From a virus, in the IMG/VR virus record IMGVR_UViG_3300045988_115760: DNA of 61,108 bases; one strand, given 5' to 3'. The notes under the pieces were generated by a model. The model saw only the letters and a program-made list of their open reading frames with translations. It was not told the DNA's origin and did no database searches. Positions 24,727 to 32,211 of this stretch are shown here, piece after piece. A program made the translations under genes and the position numbers. Every line of letters starts with the position of its first letter. Within the stretch, counting starts at the first letter, position 1.

Positions 24727-26625
24727 TCACCAGACGCGCATGGGGGCGAACGACTCCTCTTCGTTGGAAACGGCGGCACCCAAGTAGATGTCGCGGGCAC
24801 GGTAGGCGAGAAGCCCGGCCATGGCCGCGTCGATCTTATGGGGACTGTTCTGGGTCTCCTTGAACACGAGGTATCCTTCGGGCCTGTCCTTGCGGCGTCC
24901 GTTGCGGAAATGGTCGATGAGCCGAGGGTCGGCGAACAGTTGGATGTTCGTCACATCGGGCTCGTCGTATTTGGATACGGTTCTCATGGGCTCGTTGAAC
25001 GCGGCGCGCATGGTCTTCAATTCACTCATCACGTCACGCTTGTAGCCGTTCATCGGGAAGCGGATATGCGAGCCGTTCGACCTCGGATACACCTGAAGCC
25101 TGTCGCCGTAATCCAATTCCCATTGCGCGATGTACGGCTCCCATTCGTCCGTGTCCGCGAACATGCCGACCACGTTGTAATGGTTGAACACCCAACGCAC
25201 CCTGCCGTCGAACGAATCACGGTCAACACGCCATTTCGCGCCCTGAGGGCCGTCCGGCTTCTGCTCCAATTTGATGAGGAACAGCATGCCGTCACGCACC
25301 CTGCAACCCACCAACGCGGTGGAATCATCGGACACGGAGCCATCGAAGCCCAACGTGATTTCATCGGTGTCGGAGACCACCTGCCGCCAAGCGTCGTTCA
25401 ACCGGTTCAGGTCACGAGAGGCGATGGCCTTGTCCACAATGTCACGATGAACCGCATGCGATTTGATCATGTCCTCGGTCAGCCACGCATCCACAGCGGA
25501 AGCCAGCGAGTTCAAGTAGAACCTGATCGCGTTGTTCGGATCATATGCGGGGTCGAGAATCTTCTTCACGGTTCGCCGCAGATCGCACCAACCGTACTTC
25601 GAGGGGCCGGGCTCCACGCCCTCGTCCCTCAACGACCAGCCTTCGGCGGAACGCCCATCGGGGCCGACCGGCACCATGCGCCCATCGGGAAGGAAGATGT
25701 AATCCTTGCCGTCAGGTGATTTCATCGCGGAACCGTACGCCTCGTAGATCGCATGCTCAAGCTTCTCGTCGTCGGCGAAATCATCCAACGCCAAGTCGGC
25801 GTAACGATGGTCGAACAGCAGGTCCTCCCAGCCACGCAGACGGCCCTCCATGAGATCATGCGCGGTCTTGAACGCGCGTTCGGCCACGCTGTCCTCGCCC
25901 GGCTGATACATGGTCGTGGTCATCAGATACCACGGGTCTGCGGCGACGCCACGCTTCGTGAGATTCTGGGTCATGATGTCGAACAGGTCACGCAGACGCT
26001 TGTTGTTGTACTGGTGAACCTCGTCGAAGCACACGAACGTCTGCAGACCACCGTCCTTGCTTCGCGCGGCGGCTGTCGAGTATCGAATCTCCATGCCGGT
26101 CTTGGGCCACAGGATACGGGTCTTGCCCGCGTCCATGCCATCACCGGCCAAAAATCGCAGATAGCCTTCGGTGCAGTTGTAGTAGATGGTGTCGTAAACC
26201 TCGCCAGTCTGCTCCTCAGCTGTAGCCAAGCAGACCACGAGCGGCGATTTCACCGGACGGCCCATCGGCTCGCCCTTGCGATACGTATAGGTCTTGCCAA
26301 GAAACGTGTAGGTTTCCCCGCCTTTCGCCCAACCAGCGAACCGGCACGGGCCGAAAGCCTCGAACATCGCTATCTCGGCGGCGAAACCGCTCTTGTTGCA
26401 GCCTTTTGGACGTGCGAGGAACACCTGTCCGAACCTGCGCCGCCCATTACGGTCAAGCGCATAGCAGTCGATGATGAACTGGAAGTATTCGGGGGAGTGG
26501 CGGATACGCATGCCCTTCGCGTCTCCGCGCCCGATGAGCGTGAACGTCTCAATCCACCACACCGCCAGACGGCCCAGCGAACGCTGCCTGTCCTTCGCTG
26601 TCAGCTTGGGAATGACGTCATGCAT
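24727..26625 (-). CDS. terL: Terminase large subunit (632 aa)
   Basis: Size and position; ATPase-like FLARPKGCNKS (Walker A-like) and CFDEVH (Walker B-like). Confidence 0.9.
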   Translation of the reverse strand: MHDVIPKLTAKDRQRSLGRLAVWWIETFTLIGRGDAKGMRIRHSPEYFQFIIDCYALDRNGRRRFGQVFLARPKGCNKSGFAAEIAMFEAFGPCRFAGWAKGGETYTFLGKTYTYRKGEPMGRPVKSPLVVCLATAEEQTGEVYDTIYYNCTEGYLRFLAGDGMDAGKTRILWPKTGMEIRYSTAAARSKDGGLQTFVCFDEVHQYNNKRLRDLFDIMTQNLTKRGVAADPWYLMTTTMYQPGEDSVAERAFKTAHDLMEGRLRGWEDLLFDHRYADLALDDFADDEKLEHAIYEAYGSAMKSPDGKDYIFLPDGRMVPVGPDGRSAEGWSLRDEGVEPGPSKYGWCDLRRTVKKILDPAYDPNNAIRFYLNSLASAVDAWLTEDMIKSHAVHRDIVDKAIASRDLNRLNDAWRQVVSDTDEITLGFDGSVSDDSTALVGCRVRDGMLFLIKLEQKPDGPQGAKWRVDRDSFDGRVRWVFNHYNVVGMFADTDEWEPYIAQWELDYGDRLQVYPRSNGSHIRFPMNGYKRDVMSELKTMRAAFNEPMRTVSKYDEPDVTNIQLFADPRLIDHFRNGRRKDRPEGYLVFKETQNSPHKIDAAMAGLLAYRARDIYLGAAVSNEEESFAPMRVW

Positions 26626-27104
26626 CAGAGCACCGCCCGCGCACGATCATCGAAATCGTTGTTCGGGTCATCGGGAATCTGGAAGCCCACGATCCCAGCG
26701 GCCATGTCGTTGGCCTGCGACTCCTCCATCTTCAGTTTGCGTTTAGCGTCGGGGGTATCACCATACTGGTTCATGGACTGGCGCATCTCCGGGGCCAGGC
26801 CGTCATAGGAGCGTTTCTTGATGCTCTTGTCCATGACGGCCAGCTTGTAGAAGAAATTCCACCACTCCCATTTCGTGCGCAACTGGCGCGCCTGAGGGGT
26901 GCGGCGGAAAGCGTCATAGTATTTGCGGACGAATGGGCTCCACACGCCGTCAAGAAGATTCAGTTCGGAAGCGTCCGGTAGTTCGGGGCCGATGGGCTCC
27001 AATTCCTCGAATGTCCAATCCTCCGGCACCTCGGCCAGCGGCGCTCCGACCTCATAGCCGCCACCCGTCTTGGGCTTCGCCGCCTTCCTTCCGTTCCCAG
27101 CCAT
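26625..27104 (-). CDS. terS: Terminase small subunit (159 aa)
   Basis: Lies immediately upstream of terL; its stop overlaps the terL start. Confidence 0.7.
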   Translation of the reverse strand: MAGNGRKAAKPKTGGGYEVGAPLAEVPEDWTFEELEPIGPELPDASELNLLDGVWSPFVRKYYDAFRRTPQARQLRTKWEWWNFFYKLAVMDKSIKKRSYDGLAPEMRQSMNQYGDTPDAKRKLKMEESQANDMAAGIVGFQIPDDPNNDFDDRARAVL

Positions 27105-27153
27105 GACTCACCAGCTTTCGGCCCATGACGGGCTTCGTTCTGCAGAAGGCGCG

Positions 27154-27672
27154 TCAGACGTGGCGTCGCACGCACCTGTAATGGAAAATCGCCCGATTCT
27201 CGAACGATGGCTCACCACCGTCCTCGGGCGGGACAATCCACGCGGGAGTACCGGCGTCCGGACTGTCAATGTCTTTTGAAACAGGCTTGCCGCACCCCTT
27301 GCAAGTGCCATCACACTTGGCCCAGATATCAGCCTCCGTGAAAGCCCCATACGTCATGCTCCGCACAGGCTCGGGAGTCAAAGGCTCCGATTCGATAATC
27401 GGATTGGGGGCACTGGCCAATGTTGTATACGGGTGCTTCGCCCGAAACCGTTGAAACCGCTTGCGACAAGTAGGGGAACAGAAAATCTTCGAGCATCGGG
27501 TCAACTGGAACGCCATACCGCACATCGGACACACACGGGCACGGATAGGCGTCACCGGCCTACCGGAATAAGCCTTGCGATTGTAATGGCTACGGCACAA
27601 TCCATCGGCCGCGGCAAGCTCGCCGCAACCCGTTACGAGACAGTCCGTCGATACGCCGGATGCGAATACCAT
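27154..27672 (-). CDS. Cys-rich zinc-finger DNA-binding protein (HNH-associated type)
   Basis: CLVTGCGELAAADGLCRSHYNRK motif, common in actinophage HNH-type proteins; additional CxxC pairs. Confidence 0.55.
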   Translation of the reverse strand: MVFASGVSTDCLVTGCGELAAADGLCRSHYNRKAYSGRPVTPIRARVCPMCGMAFQLTRCSKIFCSPTCRKRFQRFRAKHPYTTLASAPNPIIESEPLTPEPVRSMTYGAFTEADIWAKCDGTCKGCGKPVSKDIDSPDAGTPAWIVPPEDGGEPSFENRAIFHYRCVRRHV

Positions 27673-27971
27673 TCCTCTTCCTTCCGACGCTCCCTGTTCT
27701 TACGACGCTGTTCGGCGGACTCCTGACAGGTTTTCTGCTCGTGATGGTATTGGCACAGGGATTGCAGGTTCTCGGAGGAGTCATCGTCATGCGACGGGTT
27801 GCGAACCTTGTGATCCACTTGATTGGCCGGACGGCCACAGATATGAGTGAAACCGAACTCGTCGGTCACCGGCCACTGGCAGCGATGATGGTCGCGCTCC
27901 AATATCAGCTTGCGAGTCCGCTCCCAACCCGGATTGAACCGTTCCCTGCGATTCGAACTCGACCAAGCCAT
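27633..27971 (-). CDS. HNH endonuclease (start at MAWSS; RBS aaggag upstream)
   Basis: RDHHRCQ...VDHKV...NLQSLCQYHH motifs; classic HNH-TerS-TerL arrangement of cos phages. Confidence 0.85.
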   Translation of the reverse strand: MAWSSSNRRERFNPGWERTRKLILERDHHRCQWPVTDEFGFTHICGRPANQVDHKVRNPSHDDDSSENLQSLCQYHHEQKTCQESAEQRRKNRERRKEEEWYSHPAYRRTVS

Positions 27972-28061
27972 GACGACTCCTTGATAAAGGGGACGGTGCC
28001 GTCCGTTGCGCAGCATAAGCAGCGAGAGAAAGGACGTGTTCTGCGGTCGGACGGCACCTAG

Positions 28062-28135
28062 AGGCAATGGCCGGACTCGAACCGGCGACCTGACGCTTAC
28101 GAGGCGTCCGCTCCACCAAACTGAGCTACAATGCC
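28062..28135 (-). tRNA. tRNA-Thr (anticodon CGT)
   Basis: Cloverleaf read by hand: acceptor ggcattg/cattgcc (one T-T mismatch), D arm gctc-agtttggtg-gagc, anticodon arm gacgc-ctCGTaa-gcgtc, T arm gccgg-ttcgagt-ccggc. Confidence 0.85.
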
Positions 28136-28258
28136 ATGCCTCCCACTAGAGGAAGGCTATTCAGTTATTGCCGTACGGCATGGCGTGAAGCCGCCGCCGG
28201 CGACTGGCGATGACTGAGAAGCTGTCACCGCCAAGAGCTGCCTCTTCTCAAGGCATCG

Positions 28259-28330
28259 CATACCCGGGAAGAATCGAACTTCCGTAACCGGTTTTGGAGA
28301 CCGGTGCCTGAACCACTCGGCCACGGGCAT
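28259..28330 (-). tRNA. tRNA-Trp (anticodon CCA)
   Basis: Anticodon arm ccggt-ctCCAaa-accgg, T arm ggaag-ttcgatt-cttcc, acceptor atgcccg/cgggtat. Confidence 0.75.
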
Positions 28331-28377
28331 ATAGGTCGTAATATTTCGCTCGTCAGACGTCCGACCAGCCGTCTCCG

Positions 28378-28462
28378 CGGAGAGAGTGGGAGTCGAACCC
28401 ACACGCCCGTAAGGGCAGACTGTTTTCGGAACAGTTGCCGCCGCCAATCGGCTGGCCTCTCC
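28378..28462 (-). tRNA. tRNA-Ser (anticodon CGA), class II, with non-canonical C8 and C33
   Basis: Acceptor ggagagg/tctctcc, anticodon arm actgt-tcCGAaa-acagt, variable arm gccc-ttac-gggc, T arm gtggg-ttcgact-cccac. Confidence 0.6.
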
Positions 28463-28593
28463 AAATCTCGCAATGCGCCGCACGAATATAATGCGACGAT
28501 CTCCGGGCGCTACCCGACGTTCTCTGCGACCGGGACCCCTAGGTATTCAGCCCCAGTCCTAACAACCAGATATTTGGCACTACATTGCGATTG

Positions 28594-28671
28594 TGGCGGC
28601 AGGGAGAATCGAACTCCCATTGCCAAAGGCAGTCGGGTTACAGCCGACGCGCACTCCACGTGCCTACCGCC
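28594..28671 (-). tRNA. tRNA-Tyr (anticodon GTA) with 13-nt variable region and an unusually short D arm
   Basis: Acceptor ggcggta/tgccgcc, anticodon arm gtcgg-ctGTAac-ccgac, T arm gggag-ttcgatt-ctccc. Confidence 0.7.
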
Positions 28672-29006
28672 AGACCCCGATTGTGGCGCGACCCGTAGGT
28701 CATCCACCCCCAGCCCCTACGTAGCAGACCAGATCGGGAAAACAAAGGCCGCTTCATAGAAACGACCCAGGAAACTCCTTCTACGACATGTAGATGAGCT
28801 AAGAATTGCGAGGTGGTGGATTGCGTTTTACCACCAACGCCGAGCATGTGATGCACTAACCGTGTACCGCTGTAGCGTTCCTCGTCACACTTCCCCCGCT
28901 AAAGGGTGCCGCTAAGCCGTGACGCAGCCTTAACCCGGCATACATGCAATCCGGGTTTATTCAGCCAACCTCATAAAGCACCAAGGGAGCGACCCTCGAT
29001 ACTTCG

Positions 29007-29098
29007 CGGACGGTGCGAGATTCGAACTCGCGGAACGCCAAAACGACGTTCGGCGGCTTAGCAAGCCACTGCAATCAACCGGACTCTGCCAACCGTCC
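29007..29098 (-). tRNA. tRNA-Ser (anticodon GCT), class II
   Basis: Acceptor ggacggt/accgtcc perfect, anticodon arm gtggc-ttGCTaa-gccgc, 7-bp variable stem gaacgtc/ggcgttc, T arm gcgag-ttcgaat-ctcgc. Confidence 0.85.
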
Positions 29099-29161
29099 AC
29101 ACCGCGCCCCGGTTCAAGAAACGACACCAACACTGTCTGTTGATGTGATCTAAAGGCACGG

Positions 29162-29198
29162 CAAAAACAAAACCCCGACGCCAATGGCATACGGGGTG
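29162..29198 (-). terminator. Intrinsic terminator on the minus strand, just upstream of the tRNA array
   Basis: Minus strand reads accccg-tatgccattggcgt-cggggt, followed by tttgtttttg. Confidence 0.6.
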
Positions 29199-29270
29199 AA
29201 TAATAATTTGTCAGGAATCTGAACCTTGCTCCAATCCCCGACAATCCATCTACACGACAGTTTACTCATA

Positions 29271-29294
29271 ACAAGCGTTGCAACAAGCGTTGCA
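29271..29294. repeat. Tandem 12-mer acaagcgttgca x2 (a related ccgttgcaa lies at about 29325)
   Basis: Read directly; lies between the two minus-strand terminators; candidate promoter or operator element. Confidence 0.8.
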
Positions 29295-29364
29295 CAGAAA
29301 CCGGAAAAGACCACAGCCCGAAAACCGTTGCAATCATTGGTGCGACACACCATGTCACGCTAAT

Positions 29365-29404
29365 TCAAAAAAGTCTGGGAGCGGCATTCACGGGCGAAAC
29401 CAGA
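29365..29404 (-). terminator. Intrinsic terminator on the minus strand, closing the CA-rich non-coding block
   Basis: Minus strand reads gtctgg-tttcgcccgtgaatgccgctc-ccagac, followed by ttttttgaatt. Confidence 0.55.
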
Positions 29405-29454
29405 CACCTAGCGGCCAAATGTTTAATGGGTGCCGGTACCCCTCTCCGCCCCTA

Positions 29455-29775
29455 TATAGGCGTGTCGTGGTGGGGTGTGGTGGTATACGCGCGGCCGTAT
29501 GTGGTTGCGAGTATGGCCGTGGCCGTGGCCGTGACGCGGCTATCCGTGTTGCCTAAGCGTGAGCGTGACGTGAGTATGACGTGGTGATCGTACTGTACGG
29601 CCGTCCTGGCCGTCTCGTGTCCCTCTCCGTCTATCCGTCCGTGTGAGTCCGTCACGTGGTGGTTTGCCTCTATGTCATGCTTGTGCGTGGGTGGAGAATG
29701 ATAGTCGTGTGGTGTGGTTTGTCAAACTTGGCGTGTCGTGGCTTAGGTTTGCGATGTTGAGTGTGGTGGGCTCGG
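29455..29775. other. ORF-free, strongly strand-skewed block (GT-rich on +, CA-rich on -) with repeated GTGGTGG and ggcgtgtcgtgg motifs
   Basis: GTGGTGG at 29467, 29477, 29656, 29763; variants at 29581 and 29708; ggcgtgtcgtgg at 29459 and 29730; ggccgt x3 at about 29515. Confidence 0.8.
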
Positions 29776-29799
29776 GTTTTGTTCCCGATATTTCTTATT

Positions 29800-29811
29800 G
29801 AGAATATTCTC
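29800..29811. promoter_or_regulatory. Perfect 12-bp palindrome gagaatattctc in an AT-rich divergent control region
   Basis: Self-complementary sequence read directly. Confidence 0.6.
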
Positions 29812-29826
29812 GTTAAACCTTTATTT

Positions 29827-29845
29827 GGTATATAAGGTATATACC
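29827..29845. promoter_or_regulatory. ggtatata-a-ggtatatacc: duplicated TATATA boxes and a 10-bp palindrome; candidate -10 elements or operator
   Basis: tttggtatataaggtatatacc; the first copy has a TG-n-TATATA extended -10 appearance. Confidence 0.45.
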
Positions 29846-30004
29846 CGCGATTTTACGTCGTGAATCGTAAGTTTCGACACGCCGAGTGAAGCTAGTGTTT
29901 GCAATGGTTTACGGGTGGTTCAATCGCTACTGACTTGCGTTCCAGTATTGGACCGCGTATAGTGATAGCCATCAACCACGGAACACCAAGAAAGGAACCC
30001 CGAG

Positions 30005-30199
30005 ATGAACACCACGGAGATTAAAGCCAAAGCCTTTAGAGCGGCGGTAGACCTGGCCACGGTATGCAAGCCCTGCACCTATGACAACGTGCTGGACATC
30101 ACGGCCATAGCCCTCGGTATCGAGATGGACGACAACGAGGAATACCCCGCCGAGCTCTACCGCAAGTTTGACCGAGTGTGGGCCGAGCTCAACTACTGA
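30005..30199 (+). CDS. Hypothetical small acidic protein (64 aa)
   Basis: RBS aaaggaa upstream of the ATG; first gene of the rightward block. Confidence 0.6.
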   Translation: MNTTEIKAKAFRAAVDLATVCKPCTYDNVLDITAIALGIEMDDNEEYPAELYRKFDRVWAELNY

Positions 30200-30201
30200 C
30201 A

Positions 30202-30245
30202 GCGCCGCCGATAGGCGGGTACTGGGTTCGAGTCCCAGCGGCGCA
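30202..30245 (+). ncRNA. tRNA-like minihelix A (acceptor-like stem + T arm; no D or anticodon arms)
   Basis: gcgccg...ctggg-ttcgagt-cccag-cggcgc-a. Confidence 0.45.
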
Positions 30246-30475
30246 CGAAGTCCCGGTGATAGGTGAGAGCTATCCCGAGTGACATGAGAGTTTGAGAATT
30301 GAATAGTGTTACCGATACCCAGTCAAGGACTGGTGAGGGATAATGAAGCAAGGCAGAGGTCTTGCGAGTAGTGCGGGGGCCGCTGAGAGAACGCGGCGCG
30401 ATGGCATCAGAAACTCCGTCTGCGAATAAGCCAAAGGTATAATTAGGCCCACTGAAACAGATAGCGAGGTGGGCC

Positions 30476-30721
30476 ATGGACTACAGGGAATTGCAAGACA
30501 GCAAGAATCTGGATAATCAACAGTTAGCCGATAAAATCGGCATACCTCGTACCACGGTATCCAAGTACAAGAATGGGCATCTCGATACAAAAAACATGAC
30601 GTTAGAGATGGCCGTTAAATGGTTACGTGCGTTGGGGCGGCGCAAGATGGCTAACGATTTATCCGAGATGTTTGCGCTTGCTGAGGCTCCTAGTGAGCCG
30701 AAAGAAAGCGCCGCCGAGTAG
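30476..30721 (+). CDS. XRE-type helix-turn-helix protein (81 aa)
   Basis: NQQLADKIGIPRTTVSKYKNG is a typical HTH segment. Confidence 0.7.
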   Translation: MDYRELQDSKNLDNQQLADKIGIPRTTVSKYKNGHLDTKNMTLEMAVKWLRALGRRKMANDLSEMFALAEAPSEPKESAAE

Positions 30722-30745
30722 GCGGGCGCGTGCCCTATGAATCTT

Positions 30746-30794
30746 TGCGTAGGCCGGTTAGCGGCTTAATCGGGTGCAAGTCCCGACTACGCAC
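30746..30794 (+). ncRNA. tRNA-like minihelix B (7-bp acceptor-like stem, one small hairpin, T-like arm)
   Basis: tgcgtag-gccggttagcggc-ttaa-tcggg-tgcaagt-cccga-ctacgca-c. Confidence 0.5.
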
Positions 30795-30829
30795 GACGGT
30801 GGCTAGAATCTAGTCGCCTGAACGTAAAT

Positions 30830-30859
30830 GCCCCATGAGTACCGCAAATACTCATGGGG
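30830..30859 (+). terminator. 12-bp-stem hairpin (possible terminator with a weak U-tract), followed by a second hairpin at 30871..30890
   Basis: gccccatgagta-ccgcaa-tactcatggggc; then ggcggtac-catt-gtaccgcc. Confidence 0.45.
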
Positions 30860-30922
30860 CTGACCTTTATCTAGCTGAAAGGCGGTACCATTGTACCGCC
30901 TCACATGGAAGTGAGGACTATC

Positions 30923-31507
30923 ATGCGTAAGAAGTTTGTTGCGGCTGTTGCCGCGTTCGCCGCCCTGTGCGGCATGGTGTCGGTTCCAGCCAATGCCGCC
31001 GAGACTACTCAGCCTATCCGTGAGGACGTTACCCCTCACGTGCTGGTTCCGATACCAGTGCCGGAATCCGAGCCGGTCAGTGAGCCGGAACCGGTGAATG
31101 TTGACGCTCTCGCCGCCGCTGTTATCCGTGGTGAGTACGGTGACGGTGAGGCGAGGCGTGCCGCTCTCGGTGATAATTATGACGCTGTACAAGCGCGGGT
31201 TAACGAGTTGGTGCCGGTTGCCGCGCCGGTTGTCAGCCAGTCGGTACAGTCCGCGCCGGCGCAGTCGGTGCCCCAGGCCGCGCCGCGATCCTACACATTT
31301 GAGGACGTCTACAATCTTGCCGTCAACTCGCCCTACTGCGAGCTCGAAGACGGTTCCGACCTGCCGCAGTGCTATTGGCATGACGGTGCGGGCGACGGGA
31401 GCGAACCGCCTTACACGGATATCGTCTATATGCCTGACGGTTACGGGTACCAAGCTCATGAGGACACCATGACGGTGAGCGTATTCGCGCGTAACCCGTG
31501 GCTGTGA
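30923..31507 (+). CDS. Secreted protein with a CW_7-type peptidoglycan-binding motif (start at MRKKF)
   Basis: Signal peptide MRKKFVAAVAAFAALCGMVSVPANA; AAAVIRGEYGDGEARRAALGDNYDAVQARVNEL matches the Cpl-7 repeat pattern; RBS gtgagga. Confidence 0.7.
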   Translation: MRKKFVAAVAAFAALCGMVSVPANAAETTQPIREDVTPHVLVPIPVPESEPVSEPEPVNVDALAAAVIRGEYGDGEARRAALGDNYDAVQARVNELVPVAAPVVSQSVQSAPAQSVPQAAPRSYTFEDVYNLAVNSPYCELEDGSDLPQCYWHDGAGDGSEPPYTDIVYMPDGYGYQAHEDTMTVSVFARNPWL

Positions 31508-31596
31508 CCTTTTACATGTCGGGCGGCATTCTCCGCCCAAGTTCATTCAGTCGCGCGGCTGTCTCCGCGCTTCATCAATTCAAGGGAGATTCAACA

Positions 31597-31758
31597 ATGT
31601 CTATCGAGGAAATGTGGGACGCGCTAAAAGATGATTACGGTGTGTCCGAGCAGACTTTGCAAGTTGTCACCAATATCAACGGCTACAGTACCGACACCAT
31701 GCATGACGTGCTGTATGCGGTAGCCGCCGAACGTCACTTCGATGGCGAGGTGGCATGA
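31597..31758 (+). CDS. Hypothetical small protein (53 aa; start at MSIEEMW, RBS aagggag)
   Basis: Upstream part of ORF 31498..31758 overlaps previous gene 30923..31507; internal ATG has a good RBS. Confidence 0.5.
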   Translation: MSIEEMWDALKDDYGVSEQTLQVVTNINGYSTDTMHDVLYAVAAERHFDGEVA

Positions 31759-32099
31759 TGGCACGCTATCATTACGCTTTCTACTGGACTTACGGTGTCG
31801 GCAAAAAATGGGATGACGGGTCATGGCCGGGGTATCTCATGGTGTTTGATTCGAGGGCTGAGCGTGACGCTTGGGTTGCCGACGACGTTTTTGATGGCAA
31901 CTGGCATCGTGAGGCCATCACGGCAAAAGAGGCGCGTCATATCATGGCGGACACGGTTATCGGTTGCGACAACGATATGGCCGTCCGGTACGACCGTAGT
32001 CGGTCGGCTGTTGAACGGTATGCTTCGACTGTCGAACTGGTCAGGGCATGGCGGCGTGTTGACATGCAGCATAACCCGGCCGCGTATTACGCGGATTGA
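31755..32099 (+). CDS. Hypothetical protein (114 aa)
   Basis: ATGA overlap with the upstream gene. Confidence 0.6.
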   Translation: MMARYHYAFYWTYGVGKKWDDGSWPGYLMVFDSRAERDAWVADDVFDGNWHREAITAKEARHIMADTVIGCDNDMAVRYDRSRSAVERYASTVELVRAWRRVDMQHNPAAYYAD

Positions 32100-32164
32100 T
32101 TGCCGTGATCGACCACTGGGGACTCGGCTACATGGTGCGAGTCCGTCGTTAAATAATTCGTTTC

Positions 32165-32198
32165 GGGGCATGGCGTTGTGGCTATGCCCCTTTGTTTT
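32165..32198 (+). terminator. Rho-independent terminator
   Basis: ggggcat-ggcgttgtggct-atgcccc, followed by tttgtttt. Confidence 0.75.
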
Positions 32199-32211
32199 AG
32201 GGAGTTTTGAA

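Noticed and set aside
28638-28856. 72-aa minus-strand ORF inside the tRNA array spacer
   Set aside because: It overlaps tRNA-Tyr, has no RBS, and its composition is not coding-like.
28062-29098. Suppressor tRNA or stop-codon recoding, to explain the in-frame TAG at 44616
   Set aside because: The anticodons read as CGT, CCA, CGA, GTA and GCT; none is CTA. All large genes are free of internal TAG, so genome-wide recoding is not supported.
29500-29545. ggccgt x3 micro-repeat and other short repeats, considered as a possible CRISPR array
   Set aside because: The repeats are 6-12 bp and contiguous or irregular, with no repeat-spacer periodicity of 25-40 bp. No cas genes are present.
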